From: Paraspadella gotoi
Taxonomy: Eukaryota > Animalia > Chaetognatha
DNA length: 64,000 bases
Direction of reading: 5' to 3'
NCBI GenBank assembly: GCA_051294375.1
Contig: CM119267.1
Location: forward strand, 10,379,364 to 10,443,363
The notes beneath the pieces were generated by a model. That model made no database searches, was not told the origin of the DNA, and saw nothing but the letters and a program-made list of their open reading frames with translations. Numbering within the stretch: position 1 is the stretch's first letter; every line of letters begins with the position of its first letter. The position numbers and the translations under genes were made by a program. Of the stretch, positions 14,266 to 25,610 are shown one piece after another.

Positions 14266-15300
14266 AAATTTTGAGAGCCGAAAGGAGAGGTAAGAAAAAG
14301 AGAAGAAGCTAATGTATGGCCCAAATGTATTTTTTTATTGAACTGTTTTTTAATTCGAGTTTTGAATTTACGCGTTTTGGATTGAAGTTAGCAAACTTAT
14401 CGGCTGCAAGCGAACTGAACGGAAAGCACTTGTAGACGGTGAAGTTGGTGACGGCGCTACAATTTTCAGCGGCGAAAAATGAAAAAAAAACTCGCAAAAG
14501 AGGATAAAGACTGAACATTTCGGTTTTTTCGCAGTGGAATTCATTGGTTGCTTGATTAATTAATCAATTTAAACGTAATGAACGTAAGTCTGTAAGTCTG
14601 TCAAATAATATTTTCCGCCACCTCTTCGACAAACACCTGCGGAGACCAGAATCTAAACTGCGAACAACCGCGACGAGGGTGTTGGTCTCAAATTTGAACT
14701 TCCTCGAGAAAAAGTCCCGTTTCCCGAATGACAAAAGTTGGGGTCATCCAGGGGCGAGGGTCCAATGTTTGCCTCAATGCAATCTTCGCCCAAATGGAGG
14801 GCGAATCCCGTCGGCCGACGATGACAAAAATCCGTTTGCACACCTCGCCTTTTTTTTGGTTCCCGAATCGCGGTTAAGACCCGGGGTGTTACTGACAGAT
14901 TACGGCGAAGGTATGTATAATATGAATCCGGGTAATAGTGTTTATGTCCGGACACAATAGTTAAAATGGAAAACAATAGTTTAAAAAAAATAGTAAAATT
15001 AAAAAAAAACATCTTTTTTACTTAAAGCCCGGTGTGTCACCCGCAGCTGGGCGGCGTTGTTTGTGAATGCCGATCTCCAGGGGTGTCGAATGACGCCGGG
15101 TTATCGATCGGGCATCGTGATTAAAATGCCCCAGGGAAGTAGGATGCAGGCGAGGCGTTGTGTATTTAAGTGAATACCCTGGGATTAGGGAATAAGGGAA
15201 AATACTGGAGTGTGACACAGCTGCGGGGTTTTTAATGAATCAGCGGTGGGGAAATAAGTGGTGTTGCTTCATTGGGGCGGAGGGATCTCAGAGTTGGAAG
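14266..15300 (+). CDS. Multi-exon gene fragment, possibly a zinc-dependent deaminase-fold (dCMP deaminase/CDADC1-like) protein
   Basis: Splice signals: tttgtttAG|14266-14289|GTAAG; ttttcgcAG|14535-14583|GTAAGT; GAAG|GTATGT(14911)...ttttacttaaAG(15027). Peptides across frames include KNPFAHLAFFL..GVLLTD, VCHPQL, ALFVNADLQGCRM, S*LKC, MQA-GVVYLSEY. These recall VCHAELNAI..DVKGCSM..PCxxC..IQAGI..VIF from memory. The gene structure is better supported than the product call. Confidence 0.4.
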
Positions 15301-15396
15301 GTCTAAGGTGACGACTCTGACGGCGATGGAATCGACGGAGGCGTCGCGTCCCGTCGATTCGTACTCGGGTTCGAACCCCAGCCCTCCCGCTTTTTT
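15277..15396 (+). ncRNA. tRNA-like four-stem fold with B-box and oligo-T run (candidate Pol III transcript or SINE head)
   Basis: Pairings: GCGGAGGG(15277)/CCCTCCCGC(15382), TCAGAGTTG(15288)/CGACTCTGA(15312), GAATCGACGG(15329)/CCGTCGATTC(15351). T-arm-like GGGTTCGAACCC at 15367 and TTTTTT at 15391. No canonical anticodon arm. Confidence 0.3.
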
Positions 15397-17599
15397 CTTT
15401 TTNNNNNNNNNNNNNNNNNNNNNNNNNNNNNNNNNNNNNNNNNNNNNNNNNNNNNNNNNNNNNNNNNNNNNNNNNNNNNNNNNNNNNNNNNNNNNNNNNN
15501 NNNNNNNNNNNNNNNNNNNNNNNNNNNNNNNNNNNNNNNNNNNNNNNNNNNNNNNNNNNNNNNNNNNNNNNNNNNNNNNNNGAGAGAGAGAGAGACGGAT
15601 AAATGGAATAATCCCTCCTAGGGAAAAAATAGAAAGGAGAGAGAGCGAGGTAATGATCGGCCGACGAAGAAGAGACCGAAGACAAGAGGATTTTTATGAG
15701 GAGAAAAGATTAGAGAAAAAAAAAAGAAAAATAAAAGAGCAAAATGGATCTGGGAGAAAAGTGGAGGAGAAAAAGTAATAATGAAGGAGAGAGCGAAAAT
15801 TGAAGCGAGCAAAGACGTTGAGAGAAAACAGCGGACAAAGCATAAAAAAAAGAAGAAGAGAGAGAAAAAAAGAGGGAATATCGATGATATCTCTCTCTCT
15901 CTATCTCTGTCTCTCTGTCTCTCTGTCTCTCTGTCTCTCTGTCTCTCTGTCTCTCTGTCTCTCTCACTCTCTCACTTTTAAAGGGCGATAAATTTTAATA
16001 TTGACCGAAGGGTTAAATCGCAGCATCGAGTTCAGAAGGCGGAATTGGATCATCGACCATTTTCCAATTTTTTTTTTCAACGATTCGATGCCAGATTTTC
16101 TTGTTTGTTCGATTTTTTTGGCCATCGTCAAAAACGAAAATTTTGGGGGTCAAAAAAATAATATATAAGACTTAAAAGTTAATAATTTCCCAACGAAAAA
16201 AAATATTAAGAATTCGTCTTTTCCAAGAAATAAATTTTTATTTGCGTTGCTCCTTTGTTTGCGTCGCGGTTTTTAGTTCCGTTTTAAACGTCGAAATAAA
16301 ACGTGAAATATCGCGCGAAATTTCAGTGACGGACGAGATAAAGAGGCGATAAAAAAGACGCATTTCGGGAAATAAAAATAAAAATTCAAGAGTCGGAGAT
16401 AAAAGAAAAAAAAACCAGTTTGAAGATCCACAATATATTCCAGCTACCCACCGCGAGCCACACCCCTTTCCACTTTTCCACAACCTCCTCGGTCTTCATG
16501 AAACAAAAATGAAAAGCGGAAAAAAAAAAGCGATATAAAAAATTCCATTAGAAAACGAATTCTGCGAATAACTGCGCCTGCGGCATCTGCTGTGGCTCTT
16601 CTGGCGCGTTCCATCTTGTGACGCAACGCCATCCGTCATTGTGTCGCAACGCCCGGCAATCCGGCTGGATTCCGGCAGCAGCAGGCCCATGTGTCACCCC
16701 AGAGACGATCTCCAGTCATCGGCCCGGCGAAAGGGAATCCCTAGTTCCGGAGACGAAGACTACGACGTCGATTTAAATGCTAATAACGACCGGAAGCTGG
16801 GAAAACCGACGTCGTCATTGTGGTTGTCGTCGTCGTCGTCGTGATCGTCGTCGTAGTCGTCGTATGCGGAAAAATGGGATACGTTTTCGTTGCTGGCGGC
16901 AAAATAATGAAGGCGGGATTAAAGGGAATTTGAGGAGGGAATTTTAAATGAACGAGACGTCGTCGTCGTCGTCGTCGTCGTCGTCGNNNNNNNNNNNNNN
17001 NNNNNNNNNNNNNNNNNNNNNNNNNNNNNNNNNNNNNNNNNNNNNNNNNNNNNNNNNNNNNNNNNNNNNNNNNNNNNNNNNNNNNNNNNNNNNNNNNNNN
17101 NNNNNNNNNNNNNNNNNNNNNNNNNNNNNNNNNNNNNNNNNNNNNNNNNNNNNNNNNNNNNNNNNNNNNNNNNNNNNNNNNNNNNNNNNNNNNNNNNNNN
17201 NNNNNNNNNNNNNCGATTTCTTTTATTTCGATTTCTCGCATTCAAAACAATTTTTCAGGTTTTCGTTCTTAAATTTAGAATTTTCTAATTGTAATTTCGA
17301 TGAGTCGTCGACGAACGAGTAAAAAAAAAAAAATACCCAGTTGATTCGGTTTCGTCTACGCGAGGAAATGCTGGTTTGTGACGCCGGTTTTAGTTTTTCT
17401 TTTGTAAATCGAACTCTGTGACGAAAGAATCGTAGAATGTCGGCGGGAGAAGTCAGTTGTCGAGAGTCTATTCAGAATAGACTTTAAATACAAAATCGTC
17501 GGCTTTGTCGTCGTTGTTTTTGTCGTCGTCTTTGGCGTCGACATCATCTGGCGTCGCTTTGGCGAAATCGTCACCGGGAATGCCGACCTTTTTGTGGCG

Positions 17600-17615
17600 T
17601 TTCTTTCTTTTCTTT

Positions 17616-17710
<95 letters not shown>

Positions 17711-17712
17711 CT
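17600..17712. repeat. (CTTT)n microsatellite
   Basis: Direct reading. Confidence 0.95.
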
Positions 17713-18962
17713 TTCCAGTCTCTGTTTTGGCAGCGACGCGGAAACCGTCTTTTTTTCTCTTTTATTCTGACAAAAAAAAGTCGTGAATCAAAAGAGACTT
17801 TCGATTTTTGACTTTCGAACATTTTTCTGTCACTTTCAAAGATTTATTTTTTAAACTTGCAACTTTAAGATTAAAAAAGTTAAACAGGTTATTTTGCTTG
17901 GCAATATAAAAAAAAATATATTAGCTACACAGTATAAATTATTAATAAGAGTAGAAAGATGACAAAAAGCGAATCTAATTCGACGATGACCTTTTAAGTT
18001 GAGTCACGACTTCTCTCACTTTTAGCGACAAAAATTCTTCGATCGGCCGAATTTCACGCTTCACGGTCTCACAGCCGCCTCACGCCTCTCAGTTCCGTCG
18101 CTCCGTCATNNNNNNNNNNNNNNNNNNNNNNNNNNNNNNNNNNNNNNNNNNNNNNNNNNNNNNNNNNNNNNNNNNNNNNNNNNNNNNNNNNNNNNNNNNN
18201 NNNNNNNNNNNNNNNNNNNNNNNNNNNNNNNNNNNNNNNNNNNNNNNNNNNNNNNNNNNNNNNNNNNNNNNNNNNNNNNNNNNNNNNNNNNNNNNNNNNN
18301 NNNNNNNNNNNNNNNNNNNNNNNNNNNNNNNNNNNNNNNNNNNNNNNNNNNNNNNNNNNNNNNNNNNNNNNNNNNNNNNNNNNNNNNNNNNNNNNNNNNN
18401 NNNNNNNNNNNNNNNNNNNNNNNNNNNNNNNNNNNNNNNNNNNNNNNNNNNNNNNNNNNNNNNNNNNNNNNNNNNNNNNNNNNNNNNNNNNNNNNNNNNN
18501 NNNNNNNNNNGAGGGGACGGAGTGAAAGGGAAAATCCAGTTTGCGTAACGAAAGTGGAGCCAGAGTTCGTTCCGAGAACCAGTGAGACCACGAATAAGAC
18601 GAAAAGGAAGAATTATGTTTTTTCAGCCTCAAGACGAAAAGTCGGTGAGAAAAGAAAATCCGTTTAGCACAATTATTCGGCCAAGTTGTGACAATTATGA
18701 TATCTCAATTAAGACGCTTTCAGGAAACGAAGGATAGCGGAGAAAGTTAGAATAAAACAAGTACAAAATTGTCATACCTCATACCTACAAATGAGTTTGT
18801 CAATGAGTATAGCTTTAGTACATAGTGTAATTTCGAAAATAAAGCTTTAAACCTCATTAAGGAAACTCTTTCTCTCTCTCTCAGGCTCTTTGTGTCTCTC
18901 TTTCTCTCTCAGGCTCTTTGTCTCTCTCTATCTCTCTTTCTCTCTCTCTCTCACTCTCTCTC

Positions 18963-18995
<33 letters not shown>

Positions 18996-19859
18996 TTCAT
19001 TGTCTCTTTCTCTCACAGAAAATAAAAACAAACAAAACTGAAAAAAATATGAAATCTTAATGAAGACGTCTTATTTCTATTTTGGTCACGTGACTACCAG
19101 AGGCTTCTTGGAGTCGCACGAAAAAACAACGCGACGAAAGCGACGACGAAAACGACGACCATAACGACGATAAAAACTACGACGAAAACGACGACTAAGT
19201 TCCTACTGTTATTCTCTGGAACCTTCACTCGGTGACAGGACTTGACGTTTCATGAACGCTGTCGGCAAACACCGCTGCCGGCGCTGCCGCCGCCGAAGTC
19301 ACTAGGATCGTGCCCNNNNNNNNNNNNNNNNNNNNNNNNNNNNNNNNNNNNNNNNNNNNNNNNNNNNNNNNNNNNNNNNNNNNNNNNNNNNNNNNNNNNN
19401 NNNNNNNNNNNNNNNNNNNNNNNNNNNNNNNNNNNNNNNNNNNNNNNNNNNNNNNNNNNNNNNNNNNNNNNNNNNNNNNNNNNNNNNNNNNNNNNNNNNN
19501 NNNNNNNNNNNNNNNNNNNNNNNNNNNNNNNNNNNNNNNNNNNNNNNNNNNNNNNNNNNNNNNNNNNNNNNNNNNNNAAAGGGGAAAGGAAAGGGGCGAG
19601 AGAAACGGACCGGAAGTCACAACCAAAAAACGTATTTTGTTTCGGAAGAAAAAAGTCAAGAAACAAGAGAAAGGATGGAAAGAAGGTAGGAATAAAAAAA
19701 TACAAAGGAAGTAAAAAAAAAGACAAAAAGAAGAAAAAGAAAAATGAAAAAAGAAAGAAAAGATTGAAGAATAAAGAAGTAAAAAAAAAAAATTCATTAA
19801 GAAAAGGAATTAACTAAATTTGCGGGAAAAATTAATCGCCGGACACGAGCGCCGGAGGA

Positions 19860-20205
19860 AAAGCGACTGAGCGGCAGCGCCGGTCAACCCAGCAGCGCCG
19901 GTTTCGGCGGGAAAGAATCGGCGCCGCCGAAGTCGTTGACTCCATCTTGGAATTCGATTAATCTTCGTTTTCCGTTCGGAACTGGGGAGAGAGGGAGAGG
20001 GGGGGACGTGGGTGAGGCGTCGCTGACCAGGCTGGGGCCAAACAGTTGGACGGCTTCAGCAGGTAGGAAGCACCGGGTGTCCAAGGGTGAGTAAGGAAAT
20101 AAAAGATGAGGCTGGAAAGGTTTTCACGAGCACCAGATTCGCGATGTGGATTTAGTCTCGTCTCCGCAGGAAGCTGCGGGTGCATTTCAAAGCGTGAACT
20201 CGGCT
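19860..20205 (+). CDS. Two probable exon fragments around an 83-nt intron; product unknown
   Basis: CAAGG|GTGAGT at 20087 and tctcgtctccgcAG at 20169, with GC-rich flanks; cut by the 25-N gap at 20206. Confidence 0.3.
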
Positions 20206-20537
20206 NNNNNNNNNNNNNNNNNNNNNNNNNGGCTGTTCACTTGGCAGTGAAAAAGTAGAGAAAGGGGAAAGAGAGAGAGAAGAGAGAGGAGAAGGAGGAT
20301 AGTGAGAGAGAGAAGCAGAAGGAGAGAGAGGGAGAGAGAGAGAGGAGAGAGAGAGAAGACATGAGAGAGAGAGAGAGAGAGGAGAAAGAGAGAGGATAGA
20401 GAGGGGGAAGAGAAAGAACGAAAAAAAGGAAGGAAAAGGCAGTGAGCTGAAGACAAAGACTTTTTTTTTTAAATTTATGAAATCTTTAAAAAGTAATGAA
20501 AAAAAAAAATTAGCAAAAAAGAAAACTGATGATTATC

Positions 20538-20710
20538 AACCAATTAATTAATTATAAACCCCGGTGTATTCAGCTTGCGCTCTCAAACCGTAGAAATTCA
20601 TTATTAATTCGATTAGGAAAGAGTTGAAGTTCCGTATAGATGAGACATCGACCATGAGAGAGAGAAAGGGAGAGAGAGAGAGAGAGGAGACTGAGAGTGA
20701 GAGGGAGAGA

Positions 20711-20743
<33 letters not shown>

Positions 20744-20925
20744 AGAGAGAAAACTAAAATTTTAATGTAAAGTGAACAATCGGTTGATTTGGAATAAATA
20801 GCGCCATTTCTCGAGTTTCCGGGTTTGCGATGCCATCAAACATCCATGCAATTTCCATTTTTTTCCTTCCATCTCATTTCCAAAATGCTTGGCTTCTCGT
20901 TTCGCCCAACTGCCGTCAACGGACT

Positions 20926-21003
<78 letters not shown>

Positions 21004-23135
21004 CTTCTCACTCCAGCGGTTCACCATCAAAAACTTCCGGAAGTAGAGCGGAAACGGAATTAAAAAAGATCCTCCCTCTCTTATTCCTTCTCTCTCCTTT
21101 TATTTTTCTTTCCTTTCTTTTTCTAGGATTCAACCGTGCCCTTTTCGAGGCGACGCAGAACGTGGAAGTTCTCTTTGTACTGTATAGCTTTTGGCACAAT
21201 TATTTAAAGGTTCTTTAAACAGTTGATTTTTCAACGCAGAACGAGACTGACGGACCGACCAAAAAAAAACAAACAAATTAAAGCATATAATGATATAATT
21301 ATAAATACGCTTTCATCAAAAAACACCAAAACGAAATTCAGTCGGAATTCAACGAGTACGACGCAAATTCGAATCGTCTCTTCTTCTCCGTTCGCAGTCT
21401 CTTGTTCCTTTTTTTTCTTTTTCTTCGTTTTCCTCTTATTTTCCTCCATTTCTTTCCTCTTTCCTCCACTTTCTCCTGCTCCTCTTTCTCACCCTATCCA
21501 TGTTTCTATCATTCCGGCTCTCGGATTCATAAACCGGAAAGAGAGAGAGAAAAAAAAAGTGTCGGGGACTAAATCCATTTCCGGTTTTTCGGTCGTCGTT
21601 CTGCAAGCGGACGCCAAAGCCGCCGCGCCGCCGCGTCAGCCTCACTGGTTCGCTTTTCACCACTCCCGCCTACCAATTAACTCTTCCACTCAGTCCCTTT
21701 TTTCCCCCTCAAACACTCCGAAAACTTGAAAAACTTGGTTTGCCAACGCTAGTTCCGCCACTGTTTCGCTTTAACCGAACACTTGGCCACTTCCGCCGCC
21801 GCGACGCCAAAACAAGCGAGTCGGTGGGGCGGTGGCATTAATCACGAGCTCAAACTCGGAATTGACGAATCGTCGCTCCTCCCTTTCTTTCTCTGGGGCG
21901 TGAGTAAAAGGGAGGGGGGTAAGCGAGGAAAAAAATTAGAAAAAGAATTGAGGAGGAAGCCTCTTATTCTAGAATGTTTCCAGAAGGGTCTAGAAGATTT
22001 CCGACCCGCTAAAAAAATACCCGGATCGAACTTCTGCGGAATTCCAACGAACTCAGACGCGGAACAAAAAAAAAAAAAAAAAAAGATCAGGAATCGATTA
22101 ATTTAATTTATCGTTCGCTGATTAATCGTTTAAAACCAAACTTGGGAACTTATGATATTATCGTTTTCGCTAACATTTTCGCTTTTAAAACGTCCGGACA
22201 CAAAAGGGGCTTTTTTTTTTTCCAAAGCCGAAACCAGAACCAGGAGGACCCAGTTTTGACCTTTTTGGAACCCCGCCCCTTTAATCCCCCCTTTAAAATT
22301 TTTGAAAGCCCCGTGATCCCGAGAGACACTTGTGCTCTCTCGCCCCCCCCTTGCACCCCCTCCAACGGACAGGCGCGATGGCTCGACGGCCGAGATCCGC
22401 GAATCTTGAGAATCTCGAGAGAATAAAAATCTGGACGCGCGTCTAAATCTCGCCTTCTGCCTGGCGACGAGCGGACGACGAAGACGCGACGAAGACCGAG
22501 ACGATAACAGGAAAACGACGACAGCGATGGACGACGACAATGACGGTCAACGACCAACTTGCAACAAGTAATGACAACGATTGACGTCTGCTTTCCTCAA
22601 AAACAAATAAGAACAGTGCCGATTGATGACGACGATATCAAATAAAACGATGGACGACGTCGTTAAAAAGAAACAACGACAGCAACGACAACGACGACAA
22701 CGACGATAACAGTAATAGACAGTGACGACGAGACGACGACGAGGACTTTTCAATCGTTCAAATTTCAATCTGAGGCTTTCGTTTGATCCAAATTAAAAGT
22801 CAAGCGCCGATGGAAAACGAAAAGGACTAAATTCGACTAGCGCCGGTCGCTTCGCTTCCCGAGGCGGCGCGGTTCTAGACGAGACAACGCGCTGTTCGGC
22901 TCGCCGCTTTTTCCCTGGGACTCGGACAACCGTAATCTGTTCCGCGTAAATCCATCTGGCTATCTTCTCTTCTCCTGCGAAGATGCGTCTTCGGCCATTT
23001 CCGCGGTCCGCGACAGACATGGCGCCGACGGAATTTTCTTCCCGGAAAAGCCGGAACGGCGATTTCCGGCGGACGCGGTTTATCCGGACGTCAGAGAGAG
23101 AGGGAGAGAGAGAGAAGAGAGAGAGATGAGAGAGA

Positions 23136-23175
<40 letters not shown>

Positions 23176-23350
23176 AGAGAGAGTTGAGTTCCGGCGCCGT
23201 GCCTACCGCGGACGCGAACGCCAACCAAAGAACGCCGAAAGGATCTACTTCCGGTTTTTTAGCCTCGAATCGATCTCACTCTGTTTGTATTTTCGCCGGC
23301 GGAATAAGGCGAAAGCTTCTTTAGGAGTAGGCTTTTCAAAAACGGATTCT

Positions 23351-23430
<80 letters not shown>

Positions 23431-23568
23431 GAGAAGCTTCAGATATTCAGAATGAAACTAATATGAATGTCAATGACGTCAACAGAGTTGCTCTGAAAAT
23501 CTGTGAGTTTTCGGGAATTGACGTTAAGTTCGAGAAGTTTCAGGGGCAAAGATTTCCTTTCTCTCTCT

Positions 23569-23617
<49 letters not shown>

Positions 23618-24491
23618 ACATCTCTTTGTCTCTCTTGTCTCTTCTTCTCTTGTGGCGAGACAGAACGGACAGGGATCGATAAAGGGCGTCTCCGGCCTGC
23701 GCGGACGAGCGCAGAGCGAGAGAGGGAGAGCGCAGACGGACGCGCTAGCACGCGCCAACGAGGGCTCCGGACCGGCGAGAACGAACGACCTCATTTTTTT
23801 TTAACGCACTTTTCCTTTCCTTCATTTCAGTTTCTTTCTTTCTTTTTTTTTATATCCATTAGTTCCTTTCCTCTTTTTGCTTTTCCTTCCATTTTGGTAT
23901 TTTCCTTTTCATTTTCGCCCATTTAGTCCTTTTCTTTTTTTCTTTATCCTCCATTTGGTTTTCTTCTTTATCTTTTTCTTCCATGGTTCCTTTCTTCTAA
24001 TTTGCTTTTATCCATTCATTTTCATTATTTTCTTTTTTCATTCCTTCATTAAAGTTTATTTCCGCTTTGCATTTATTCCTTTCTTTTTCCTTTAAACGAT
24101 TTTTTTTTCTCTTCCTTAGAGTTCATTTATATATTTAATTCCTTTCCATTCCTTTTGAATTTCCTCTTTCATTTCTCATCTTTTTTTTTCTTTTCATTAA
24201 CAGCTTGTCATTGTCACTCAGTTACAATTTGCACAGGTTCGTTTACAATTCATAAAAATATATTGCTATATTCTGTAATTATAGAAAGTAAATAGGTATG
24301 AAACACTCGCTTTCCACCGCCATCGTAGATCCATTTGGACATCGTTCCACGTTCCATTCTCACTCGCGATTCTACGAAAAGGAAACCGGAAGTGGGCGTG
24401 GACGGGAAGAGAGGGCGCGGACCAAATAGACGTCCATCGCGGGAAACCCGAGTTGTTGATCTGGGAGTTTGGAGGATTATGAGAAAAGTAA

Positions 24492-24530
<39 letters not shown>

Positions 24531-24632
24531 TCTCTCCTCTCTCTGTCTCTTCTCTCTCTCTCTCTCTCTCACACGGACAGATTCGGGCGAATAATCCGAA
24601 GAAAGAGAACGAAAACAAGGAAAGAGGCTTCT

Positions 24633-24680
<48 letters not shown>

Positions 24681-25566
24681 CTCTCTCTCCTTCTCTCTCT
24701 CTTTCTCCCGATAAGAATATAGCCCGTGGGGGGGGGTAAGGGGGAGGCGAGAGGCGCGGGCCAAGTTTCCCAGAGAGAGAAATAAGAGAAAGTGTTTTTT
24801 TTCTTCTGAATGCGGAAAAACGAGGTCTATCTACATAAAATGGGAACCGGACCGAAACCGGTTCGCCCCGCATGATTTTACAGGGGAATTAAATCCGGAT
24901 TTTTGATCTCAGGATTTCGATCAGATTCCGATTCTCTTCTTTTTTTAGTTTAAAACTGGAGGAAGGGGAAGAGGAAAACTCTTTCTCTCGTTTTTTATTT
25001 CATGTCGTTGATTAGAGAAATTGGAACCGGGAGACGACGGCGACGGACGATGACGACGGACGCATGGCACTGTGAAAACGGTTTTGAGTCCGAACGTTGG
25101 ATTCTTTCTGATTTTATAAACCTACGTTTATGTCAGAATTGTCAGCTTACACGCGTCTCACATTCATTATTAGGATCAAACTCTACAAACATCTCAAAAA
25201 ACAATACTATATCAAATACAAATATATCAATCAATCAAGTCGAGTAGCCAAAAATGCCGTCTTGGTAAATCGAACAGACGAACAATCGATCGAAGATGAC
25301 CGGACCGTTCATCCCTGATTCCAATGATGAAATGAAAATAGACTGACATCTGAGCATTCATAGACACACTTACATATAAGGAAAATTTGTTTTTTGATAC
25401 CGAAGACTGCCAGATTGCGGCGAACGAACCTTTTTCTGTCGATTAACGACGGATGATATAACCGAACGATATTAACGATTATTAACGATATTTACACGGA
25501 TATTTCCGATTCTTCTCCCTTTCGGCCGCCATAGGAGACGTCAGAAGTCCTCTCTTCTTCTCTCTC

Positions 25567-25610
<44 letters not shown>

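Noticed and set aside
15271-15310. RNase P RNA (GGGCGGAGGGA start and GGAAGGTCT resemble the vertebrate H1 5' end and CR-I)
   Set aside because: The spacing leaves no room for P2/P3, no CR-V partner is visible, and the closing stem and T-run come after only ~115 nt.
15310-15362. SECIS element
   Set aside because: The TGA/GA quartet is not followed by a properly paired 11-12 bp stem.
16560-16800. Cys-rich GC island (NNCACGICCG...)
   Set aside because: Possibly an exon, but strand, frame and splice sites could not be fixed and no motif was recognised.
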